Assembly: GCF_006345805.1 (NCBI RefSeq)
Contig: NC_043019.1
Span: 23,187,360-23,251,359, forward strand
Reading direction: 5' to 3'
Origin: Octopus sinensis
Lineage: Eukaryota
Length of the DNA stretch: 64,000 nt
This document shows positions 53,102 to 64,000 of this stretch, in pieces. Under the pieces are notes generated by a model. It had not been told where the DNA came from. It worked only from the letters and a program-made list of their open reading frames with translations, and made no database searches. Each line of letters opens with the position of its first letter. Position 1 is the stretch's first letter. The translations under genes were made by a program, and so were the position numbers.

Positions 53102-54189
53102 TTTGTCCTCCCCAACATCGCTTGACAACCGATGCTGGTGTGTTTACGTCCTCTAACTTAGCGGTTTGGCAAAACAGACCGATAGAATAAGTACTAGGCT
53201 TACAAATAATAAGTCCTGGGGTCGATATGTTCGGCTAAAGTTGGTGCTCCAGCATGGCCACAGTCAAAGGACTGAAACAATTAAAAGAGTATAGTTACGA
53301 GGCCTCGATTTTTGTGGCGAGGGGGACAATCGATCACATAGACCCCAGTACTTAAATTGTGGACCCGAAAGGATAAAAAGCAAAGCCGACTTCAGCGGCA
53401 TTTGAACTCAGAACATAACGACGAGCGAAATACTGCTAAGCATCTCGCCCAGCGCGCTAACGATTCTGCCAGCTCGCCGCCTTCTATAATAATAATATCT
53501 TCATTAACTATCAGGACTGACAAAAAATACACATCGGTCAGTAAGGAGAATATAAAAAAGAAACAATTTAAAAAACTTCGAAGATCTTCTTGTGGAACCT
53601 GAAAAAAATTGATGAGAGCTCGGTTGAAGAGAAAAGCGATTCTTCAGCCCTTTCAGTCGTATTCACCCCCACATCCTCTTTCACCGTAGCGACCAGACAG
53701 AGAAAAACTGTCTGCCCTTCTTAGTCAAAAGAAGATAGCAAGGTGATCTTCTCGAAGGTGTCGGCCAATATCCAACTCTGTCCTACAGCAGTTGTTCAGC
53801 AATAACACCACAAGTTGGCAATGCTCAAATACTGTATGAATGGTTTTATCGTTGTGTGTGCATCTTATGTAAGCACTGTTGACAGTACTACCATGTAATA
53901 GCATAGCTAGTGTGTGTGTGCCGCCCGAGGCCCGAATTTTTTTCCCACGAGATTTCCGGACACCAGTTATGAACTCATTTGCATACAGCCAATCACAGCT
54001 CAACTATCAAACTATTGTACCCTTAGTCACGAAAATACTCCGGTTGAGTTCAGTGGGAAATGTGCGTTATAGTAAAATGTAACTGTTCTAAACGGGTGGA
54101 TAAATGTCGAATTTAGTGTATAAAGTGAATGGAGAGCTGCTCACCGATGATGCCATAAGTGTTACCAATTTGCGTAATTTACTAGAAGA

Positions 54190-54518
54190 GGATCTTTTCC
54201 TTTTGAACGGCAGATGTCAACACAATTTCTAGTTAACTAAACACTTTTAAACTTCGTATACTGGTAGAATAAGTTTATAAAACATCATTTTCTCTTGGTT
54301 TTATTGAGAAAATTCTATAGTTTGTAAGATATTTCGTCTGAAAATCCGAGCATTTCGGCAATTTTAACCAATCGATTACCTCCATTCAACTAAAATCATT
54401 TGCTGCGTCTAAAACTGAGACAACATCCTGTAACTAACCCTAAACATTCTACCAGTATACGAAGTTTTAAAGTGTTTAGTTAACTAGAAATTGTCTGCCG
54501 TTCAAAAGGAAAAGATCC
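54190..54518. mobile_element. GGATC-TIR MITE, internal-deletion derivative of the 29 kb type
   Basis: Same TIRs and left half nearly identical to the 29023 copy. TSD ctagaaga/ctagaaaa (7/8). Confidence 0.88.
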
Positions 54519-56505
54519 CTAGAAAATGTAAATGAGTGTAGTTTCCTAATGTTTTGACTGATTTTGTACATTCGTAATTTAAAATGTTGGTGTTGATCTG
54601 GGAACATCGTAATCAATATGGCGTTGTGTCGTATTACGCCCTCCTTGCATATATCAATGGGTATATGCAGTATCACTAATCTCAGTCTGAGCATAGGTAC
54701 CTAATGTTAGCTCCATATAGAGATGGTGCTCAATTACTCTATGAGGATGGTGGGGGGGGATGTGGTGCTTATGTGAGACCTGATATGCTGTACTCACAGA
54801 GTCGCATACATCATTCTATGCATGACTGGCTGTACTGTAATAGTACACAGTATGTGGATTTTCAAGGTGAGCTCTGTTTGGCTGTATGCAAAGAGGTCCG
54901 GAACTCTTGTGGGGAAAAAAATTCGCACTTGGGGGTGGCCCTTCCGTTTACCGCACCCGGACCCCACAAAAAAAAAAAACATTGCCTACAGCAGGCCCAA
55001 AAGTCGTGCATTTGCAGTAGTTTATATATATATATATATATATACACGGTACTATTTCAATATAATCTATTCTGGTTTATAGCCTACAGCAGGATGAAAA
55101 GTGTCTATATCACTCCCATTCCCTAGCTACCCTAGTGCTTACTTGCTTGTAGAGTTTATCTCCAGCTGGTAATGCTCTCTGATTGCTCTGTCAGGCCAAT
55201 AATTTCCGGAAATCCTCCGGAAAAGACCAGCCAGCTGATTTCCACTGACGCCCAGTTCTTACCCGAGAACATCGTTGCCCTTACCCACCACGAATTTTCT
55301 GTAGAAAAATGGTGGGACATCCAATAACGGCATTGCTCGACTAGCAGAGGGCTATGAACATCTGACAGCACTCAGCGTACCAGGGTCCCTGCCTTGGTCT
55401 ACTCTTGATCCAGGACCGCAGCTCAGTCAAAAAGACAAGTAGTATAAAAGTGCATGCAGCAACAACAACGATTACTAATATAACTAAGAAAGAAGTTAGA
55501 AGAAGAAGAAGAAGAAGAAGAAGAAGAAGGTAGAGGGGGAAGAGAACTTATAAGAAATAGAGCACAAACTTGTTTTGTAATAAAAAGAATATTCTAATAT
55601 ATGTGCGCGCACGCGTGTGTATGTGTCTAATGTTTTTTTCACATAGTAGTAATAGATTGTAGAGGGACATCGGAGTTGGCAGCGGTGGTATAGAGAGGCG
55701 AGTGTGTTTGTTTTGAAAGGTTAGATGTGAAAAAAGGTAAACATTAAACAAACAAATGATAGTTTGTGTGTGTGTGTGTTATGTGTTCGATTTGAGGTAT
55801 TTCCTTTTGGAGTTTATATAGCTTAACTTCTAGCAATGTGATTTTGCTGTCGTCAGTTGTGAAATACATAAACATACATACATACTTTTACTTTTTCGGT
55901 CATTTGACTGCGGCCGTGCTGGGGCACCACCTTGAAGGGTTTTTTGATCTAACAAATCGAGACCAGGACTTTTTTTTTTTTTTCAAATCCTAGTACTTAT
56001 TCAATCGGTCTTTTTGCCGAACCGCTAATCTACGGGGACTTACACGCACCAACATCGATTGTCAAGCGGTAATGGTGGAGGGAACTGACACAGACACAAA
56101 GAAGCACACACACACACACACACACACACCACACACACACACACATACATACGACAGGCTTTTTTCAGTTATGGGATGACCCAATATATTTTTATAAACA
56201 AATTCTTGAATCACACAACACAATGTTTGGCATGTTTACAAATATATACACAGGGTGTTCAGGTTAAATTTTTACAATGTTTTCATGTTTCCTTTTTCCA
56301 AGAACAGCTTGATCTATTGGTGAATAGCCAACAGCATTGGAGAGCATCAAATTTAAAGCTGTAGTTGAGTAAAACTTAGCTAGCATGGAGACTGGATGGC
56401 ATCTGATTATTGGAAAAGAGTTACCTGTATCATGTTGATTCGTGCCAGGTATCAAGATGCTGATATCATAACTGCTGCATACCCAATGCTCTGTGAACAC
56501 TTTAA

Positions 56506-56725
56506 CCCTTTCATTACTAACCCGGCTGAAACCGGCTCTGGCTCTGAGTACAAATGTCTTGTTTTCATAAGTTTTGTATTAAAATCTTCCACCAAACCTT
56601 AGTCACAATTTATGTTCCTAACACTAGCTGAATGATAACTAAGTTATTTTACTAAATTCTTTGTTATATTTAAAGTAATTGAAAGAAACACAGAGCATCT
56701 CAAAATAAATACAGTAACGAAAGGG
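56506..56725. mobile_element. piggyBac-type MITE (TTAA-CCCTTTC...GAAAGGG-TTAA)
   Basis: TTAA at 56502-05 and 56726-29, with CCC/GGG termini. Confidence 0.8.
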
Positions 56726-56729
56726 TTAA

Positions 56730-56948
56730 CCCTTTAGTGTTCAGATTATTCTATCAAACATAATGCTTATTGATTCCCATTGATTTGAATTAATCATGCA
56801 TTATCTCATATCTTCAAGATCTTGATGGTGTAATTACTTAATGTAGAATAATATTGTAGGGTAGGTGTGAGAGCCTGGATCTGGTCAGTTTGAACATAAA
56901 ACAGATTAGCTATTTTGGCCGGATATGGCTGGTTTAAATACTAAAGGG
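56730..56948. mobile_element. Second, unrelated piggyBac-type MITE abutting the first
   Basis: ccctttagt...actaaaggg between TTAA 56726-29 and 56949-52. Confidence 0.8.
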
Positions 56949-57265
56949 TTAAAGGCTGTAAGATGTCATATGGACAGCTGTAATGGAGACTACGGAGCTA
57001 CAGCCAACAGGTAGAGACACATTAGGCATTCTGATTGTGTCCGCTCACCAAAATTCATCCCCACATCTATGAGCAGGATCTTAGACTCAATTCAGACAGT
57101 GACTTGAAGCTTCAGGAAATACACCCATACATAGGCGTAGGAGTGGCTGTGTGGTAAGTAGCTTGCTTACGAACTACATTGTTCCGGGTTCAGTCCCACT
57201 GCGTGGCACCTAGGACAAGTGTTTTCTTTCAACTCAAACTTTACTTTAATTTTTTTACACATATA

Positions 57266-57431
57266 GGCGCAGGAGTGGCTGTGTGGTAAGTAGCTTGCTT
57301 ACGAACCACATGGTTCCGGGTTCAGTCCCACTGCGTGGCACCTTGGGCAAGTGTCTTCTGCTATAGCCTCGGGCTGACCAAAGCCTTGTGAGTGGATTTG
57401 GTAGACGGAAAAGAAGCCTGTCGTATATATG

Positions 57432-57464
<33 letters not shown>

Positions 57465-57676
57465 ATGTTTGTGTGTCTGTGTATGTCCCCCCGCCAACAT
57501 CGCTTGACAACCGATGCCGGTGTGTTTAGGTTCCCGTAACTTAGCAGTTCGGCAAAAGAGACTGATAGAATAAGTACTAGGCTTACAAAGAATAAGTCCT
57601 GGGGATCGATTTGCTTGACTAAAAAGGTGGTGCTCCAGCATGGCCACAGTCAAATGACTGGAACAAGTAAAAGAGC
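57266..57676 (+). mobile_element. OK-type SINE preceded by a duplicated SINE head (57133-57224)
   Basis: Full head-to-tail match to the family; an extra truncated head lies upstream. Confidence 0.85.
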
Positions 57677-59523
57677 ATAGTCTTTTTTCAGTATCCAGGT
57701 GTTTTTCGAAGGATGTTGGTCTGGCTGTTTTAGCGTTGTGTGGTCAGTCATCAAGAAGAGAGTGTTTCCTGAGGAGCTTGCTACCCATATGTAGGATATC
57801 ATTCTCTTTACTCTTTTACTTTTTTACTTGTTTCAGTCATTTGACTGCGGCCATGCTGGAGCACCGCCTTTTAGTCGAGCAAATCGATCCCGGGACTTAT
57901 TCTTTGTAAGCCCAGTACTTATTCTATCGGTCTCTTTTGCCAAACCGCTAAGTGACGGAGACGTAAACACACCAGCATCAGTTGTCAAGCAATGCTAGGG
58001 GGACAAACACAGACACACAAACACTCACATATATATACATATATGACAGTGGATTCTACCAAATCCACTCACAAGGCATTGGTCGGCCCGGGGCTATAGC
58101 AAAAGACACTTGCCCAAGATGCCATGCAGTGGGACTGAACCCGGAACCATGTGGTTGGTTAGCAAGCTACTTACCACACAGCCACTCCTGCGCCTTTCAG
58201 TACTAAGTTAATGTATTTATCTTTTGCTGCTGTTGTTTAACAAGTGCTGTCTAAGAGAGGTCATATGACATTCAAAGGCTGCCCTGCTCTGATCTCAAGC
58301 CTCTACCTCCTTCAACTTTTCTCCAGTAGAGCCTGTCAGCATCGTTATTTCTGAGATTTTCAGTTGATGTCAGGATCTTGCAGGTTTTAACATCTCTGGA
58401 GTAGGTTTCCTCTACAGACCACTCAAGTATCCCAATTGTTGGTATCAGCATCATCATCATCATCGTTTAACGTCCGCTTTCCATGCTAGCAGGGGTTGGA
58501 CAATTTTGACTGAGGGCTGGCAAACCAGATGGCTGCACCAGGCTCCAGTCTGATCTGGCAGAGTTTCTACAGCTGGATGCCCTTCCTAACACCAACCACT
58601 CCGAGAGTGTAGTAGGTGCTTTTTACATGCCACCAGCACAGGGGCCAGTCAGGCGGTACTGGCAAAGACCTCACTCAAATCTTTTTACACGTGCCACCGG
58701 CACAGGTGCCAGACATGGTGGGATATTGTCTTGTGAGAGGAGAGTCATGACTACTATATTTTGCTAAGTCTGGCATAATATTCTTGGATCACTCTATCTT
58801 TGTTCATAGCACTTTTGTATGATGTAGCATTCTCTGTGGAACAGAAGAGCGTGTGAGACATTGATGCATGGGTTTTGGGCTCGGGAAACTGATTTTTCCA
58901 TGTTTGACAATCAAATATGAACATTTCTTTTGACCAAATTCCATTCCTATGTCAGCTGAAAATGTTATTAATTCCAACTGTTTTTTTTTTTTTTGGCGTT
59001 GTTAACATTTTTAGCATTAATCTTGAGGTCATTCTCAAAGAAATTGTGAATTACATTAATATCTCTGATAGTAGCAGATCCTAGCATGTAGCCATTTGAT
59101 TTTTGTAGCAGGAATGATAATTAATACTAAATTTAATACTAACATGATTTAATACTAAAATGAACAGAAGTACAGAAAGTCTGTGTATGTTTGTATGTAT
59201 GTATGTATGTATGAATGTGTGTGTGTGTGTATGTATGTATGTTTGTATGTATGTATGCATGTATGCATGTATGTTTGTATGTATGTATGTATGTATGTAT
59301 GCATGTATGTATGTATGTATGTATGCATGTATGTATGTATGTATGTATGCATGCATGCATGTATGTATGTATGCATGCATGCATGTATGTATGTATGTAT
59401 GTATGTATGTATGTATGTATGCATGCATGTATGCATGCATGCATGTATGTATGTATGTATGCATGTATGCATGTATGTATGTATGTATATATGTATGTAT
59501 GTATGTATGCTTGTATGTATGTA

Positions 59524-59740
59524 CAAAAAGGTGCTGCAAAGTTCCTGGATTTGGGTAAAAGAAAATACAGGAGGATCAGTTAATTATGATTTTATTCAAC
59601 TTATTCCCCTCTCAGATTCGCACACTTGTTGCAGCAGTCCTTCAGTTTTTCTAAGCCCTATAACAGAACTCGGAAGATTGGGCCTCCAGCCAGACCTTTC
59701 GTGATACCCTTAAGGCCAAGAACTTTTCAGCCCCATCTCA
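59524..59740. mobile_element. mariner-derived MITE in TA target
   Basis: ta|caaaaaggtgctgcaaagttcctgg ... ccaagaacttttcagccccatctca|ta imperfect TIRs. Confidence 0.65.
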
Positions 59741-59949
59741 TATGTATGTATGCATGTATGTGTGTGTAATTTTATTTTTGCATACATGCACGCATATAGA
59801 TATGCATAAATTTGATAAGAATGCATTGAAGGCATGCAGTAACACTGACACACACACATAAAAACACATGCGCACACGCACGCACACACTCACACACATA
59901 CACACACACATCCAAACCCTAACCCTAACACATCCAAACATGTACATCC

Positions 59950-60200
59950 AAACACACACACATATTTAAACACACACATATATTTAAACACACATATATT
60001 TAAACACACACATATATTTAAACACACATATATTTAAACACACACATATATTTAAACACACACATATATTTAAATACACAAATATATTTAAATACACAAA
60101 TATATTTAAATACACAAATATATTTAAACACACACACATATTTAAACACACACATATATTTAAACACACATATATTTAAACACACATATATTTAAATACA
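59950..60200. repeat. Minisatellite (ACACACATATATTTAA)-like, ~13 units
   Basis: Directly visible; unit length varies 18-20 nt. Confidence 0.9.
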
Positions 60201-61137
60201 CACACACGCATATTTGTTAATTCACGGCAGGCACTTATTACTTTGCCCGTCTCAAACAATTAGCAGTAAAATTGCCACAGGAATTTGCAAGACTAACTAT
60301 TGTAAGTAATGCTAGTCGTTGCCCCATCATCATATTGGTCTTTGTGACAAAAGAAACTAAATCTCATCATTCACAAGAGACCATTATTTATTCAATGAAT
60401 AAAGGACAAGAACAAATACAAACGTGTACTGAATATTTCTGGAGATCTGGAGCAATATATTCAAGGTGTCCCAAAAGATTTGACATCATTTCATTACCTA
60501 ATAATGTGAACAATTTTCGTCCAAATTGTCTCAGATTTTAGCAGTGTGTCTAGAATCAATACATTTTTGAAATAGGATCTTTCGTATGTTTTTCTTTCCA
60601 GGATTAGACATGCCATTTACTGCAACAGAAAAGGTGTTTTGTGTATTGAAATCAAATGTGAATGTGCAATGTCAGGTGACGGTCATTTAGAAAAAGCGCG
60701 GGCTAAAACTATGCGCCTTCACTAGTCAGTTAAGGTGAGACAGTGTCACGTGACAACTTGCTGGGGCTGCCTGCTGGAGCCTATGCGGCAGGTATTTAAA
60801 GGGAAAAATTTGACAAGACAGTCGGTCACCGGCTGACACTCGCTGACGATACATCGAAGAGGCCAGGGAAAAGAAGAAAGAAGACATGCACCCAACACCA
60901 GAGCTGATGACACCTCCGAAAGGTGGGGCCCTGCCATGTCAAAACGGTAGAGGAGTAGGGGCCAAAACCGGACGTGGTTCCTCCAGATGATGTCTTGAGC
61001 TAACTGGATCCTATAAAGGAGCTGTTGTGGTAGCAGACCACGAAACACGGTTGTAATTCCTGTTAGAAGATTTTATAAACAAATGCCATCATGGAAGTAG
61101 ATTTGGACGTGGAAGTTTCAAGAGAAAGGCTGTGCTT

Positions 61138-61399
61138 ATTATTGATGAATAAACTGATTACATCATGAAAAAATCTGTTTCCTTCAGGTGAAATAGAAAT
61201 TTAAAATTTAAAATTTGGTTCATAAAAAATGCCAAGATGTGGAATTTGTTTTGACTCTCTCATTTTGGTAACAAATGAAAGTCAACACAGATTCCACATC
61301 TTGGTAATTTTTTTGAACCAAATTTTAAATTGCTAATTTCAATTTCACCTGAAGGAAACGGAATTTTTTCATGATGTAATCAGTTTATTCATAAATAAA
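61138..61399. mobile_element. Palindromic (fold-back) MITE
   Basis: atgaataaactgattacatcatgaaaaaa...ttttttcatgatgtaatcagtttattcat. Arms pair along most of the length. Confidence 0.75.
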
Positions 61400-62450
61400 A
61401 AAAAACATGTTTGCAACAGCTGTAGAGAACCTTAAAGCATTTGTGTTCTTTCTTTATGTAAACTCCTCATCAGGAACCTTCCCTCTGTTGGATTTGGAAC
61501 TCACAGTAGATTCTGATATCATATGCCACTGGGCATGAGTATATAATTTCGTATACATGTACATGTAAATGTATGTCACTTGGCAACCAGTACTGATGTG
61601 TATACATCCCTGTAGCTTAGCAGTTCAGCAAAAGAGACTAATAGAATACATACTAGGCTTTAAAAAGTCCTAAGGTCGATTTGTTTGACTAAAACCCTTC
61701 AAGGTGGTGTCCCAGCATGGCCACAATCAAATGACTATAACAAGTGAAAGATAAAAGATATATACCCATATATATATACACAAATATATATGTCTGTATT
61801 TGCTGTGCATACATAAATGACTAAATATCCCTCCAATAGGTTAAGCCAAACACTATTTCATTCTATTTTTATATATTCTCTATTGCATAAATAATAACCT
61901 GAGAAGTGAACTAGGTCAATGGTATAATGCAAAGAGTTGGGGGTGGAGAAATAAGGACCAAAGTCTTCATCTTTTGTTTGTCTGAAATCAATATGACAAG
62001 AGAACAACCCTGTCCAGTGTGGGTTGATTCTTCTATACAATTTCACATTTGCCATATTAAGATAACATTCAGTAGTGGTAATTTCAAAACAGAAATTCCT
62101 GTGTTGCTAACATTTCTCTTCAGAGCTTATACAAATGTAAATCTTTTTTTTTTTTATCCTTTGTCTAGTCAACAGAATCCAAGATCAATAAGCCCTTTAA
62201 ACATTTGTAATAATCAATTAAACCTGTGATAGGGCATTGAGCTGGCAGGGTCATTGGCACAGTGGCAAAATGCTTACCAACATTTCTTCTGTCTTCACGT
62301 TCTGCCGAGGTTGATTTTTGTCTTTCATCCTCTAGGGGTCAATCAAATAGGTACCAGTTGAACACTAGAATCAGTGTAATCAACCGACCCTATCTCCCAA
62401 AATTGCTGGCCTTGCACCAAAATTTGAAACCATTATTATTATTATTATTA

Positions 62451-62489
<39 letters not shown>

Positions 62490-62590
62490 CCTCATCTTTA
62501 TTATTATTACTATTATTATTATTATTATTATCATCATCATCATCATCATCATCATTATCATTATTATTATTATTATCATCATCATCATCA

Positions 62591-62640
<50 letters not shown>

Positions 62641-63489
62641 TCTACCTTCAGTCAATTAGGCCTTAAAATCAGTCGCTACTAATCTGTCAAAAGTTGATTT
62701 TTTAAATGTTTTCCTAGACCTGAACTCTTCTTCTTATAAACCTTACCATAAGCCCAACAAGAAACTTTCCTATATACATAAACAGTCTTGTCAACCTCCT
62801 GTAGTATTTAAAAAAATCACCCACAGGGCTGTGTCAGCTCAGGGCTATCAAGGAAGAGACACTTGCACTCATGGGCTGTATAGTTGATTTTAATCTTGAA
62901 CCACATAACTGCAAAACGCGCCACAAATATTTTTTTTGCTTTTATCTGTTCCTTTCTTCTGCTGATGCCATCACTGGTTTTATTATTCTCTTATGAATAT
63001 ATTACCTGAATTATTAAACCACAAACAATTGATTATTATGTAACACTTTCTCTGTGTTTAACAGTGCTGTTAATCTTTGTAATATGTCGATTTCTCTCTG
63101 GTGGATTCAGGTTTGGGGGATTGGTGACGTCTTTAGTCATTCTTATATCAATGGTTTCATATGTGTGTATGTGTGGGACTTGTGGCTGTGTATGCATGTG
63201 AGTGTGACTTGTGTGTGTGCGTTGTGTGTATGTGTTGTGTGTTTGAGTTGTGTGTTGTGCGTGGTTAATCAATACATGTGTCATACATGGTCTTACAAGT
63301 TTAACAAAGCCACCAGACACATAACAAAACGTTGCATCATGATTTTGAAGGATAACATCGCTCAGGTGTATATAATTACAATGGGTGCACAAAATCATGT
63401 TGCAAATAAATATTTTGGCTAATAGGTTAGTTCAAATATGTTGTACCGAGGATGAATTCATACCTAATTTACAAAGGAGAACATTCTCC

Positions 63490-63535
<46 letters not shown>

Positions 63536-63544
63536 AGTGTGTGT

Positions 63545-63575
<31 letters not shown>

Positions 63576-63899
63576 AGTGTGTGTGTGTGATTGTGTGTGT
63601 GTGTGTGTGTGTAAATATATGTATACATATTAATTGATATATGACCAAGACCTTTGGCAATATGAGAAGACCAATCAGACCAAGTGAAATCATGGTCTTG
63701 ACAGATACTGGTGTCACAAAAATATGGCTGTATGTATATTTTTATTAATATTTTGCAGCAATAGAGTGACTGAAGAACTGAGAATTTCATGCGTTGGCAC
63801 TTATGAAGGGGCCAACACATGAAACTCTTGGTCCTTGAGTCACTTTTGAGTTTCTTCTGCTAAATATCAATATGTATGTATACATATCTATCTTTGTAG

Positions 63900-63931
<32 letters not shown>

Positions 63932-64000
63932 ATATCTATTAGTGGAGGCGCAATGGCCCAGTGGTTAGGGCAGCGAACTCACGGTCGTAGGATCGCGGTT

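Noticed and set aside
60610-61135. Tc1-like transposase N-terminus (MPFTATEKVFCVL…) split by a ~390-bp insert
   Set aside because: Motif similarity too weak and fragmentary to call with confidence.
61858-63820. Possible exons of a second gene (ORFs 61858, 61927, 63036, 63464)
   Set aside because: No recognisable domain and no consistent acceptor/donor/phase chain.

Overview
Eukaryotic, AT-rich, microsatellite- and SINE-dense DNA. The repeat families (tRNA-headed SINEs of the OK/OR type, (TA)n/(CATA)n tracts) point to an Octopus genome; this is an inference. The only protein gene I can support is a minus-strand Patched-related (PTCHD3/Ptr-like, RND/sterol-sensing domain) gene. I reconstructed 13 coding exons by hand (32093 down to 296; 2295 nt = 765 codons; all GT-AG; all intron phases compatible). 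The gene continues past the left edge. Exon 13 encodes an unusually Cys-rich second luminal loop (12 Cys in 97 aa). Everything else is transposon debris: RTE, CR1, R4-like/HERO-like and Penelope retroelements, a Gypsy pol fragment, Tc1/mariner, piggyBac-type MITEs, and a GGATC-TIR MITE family with 8-bp TSDs. The most striking non-annotated signal is a set of type I hammerhead-ribozyme motifs: three with a canonical core, two with an atypical core and one split by a SINE. All lie on the minus strand, the sense strand of the Patched-related pre-mRNA, and five sit inside its introns. There are also two long near-perfect DNA palindromes next to (TA)n tracts. Nearly all ORFs in the supplied track are microsatellite or TE artefacts. 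Repeat boundaries were placed by eye and are approximate unless TSD/TIR coordinates are given.
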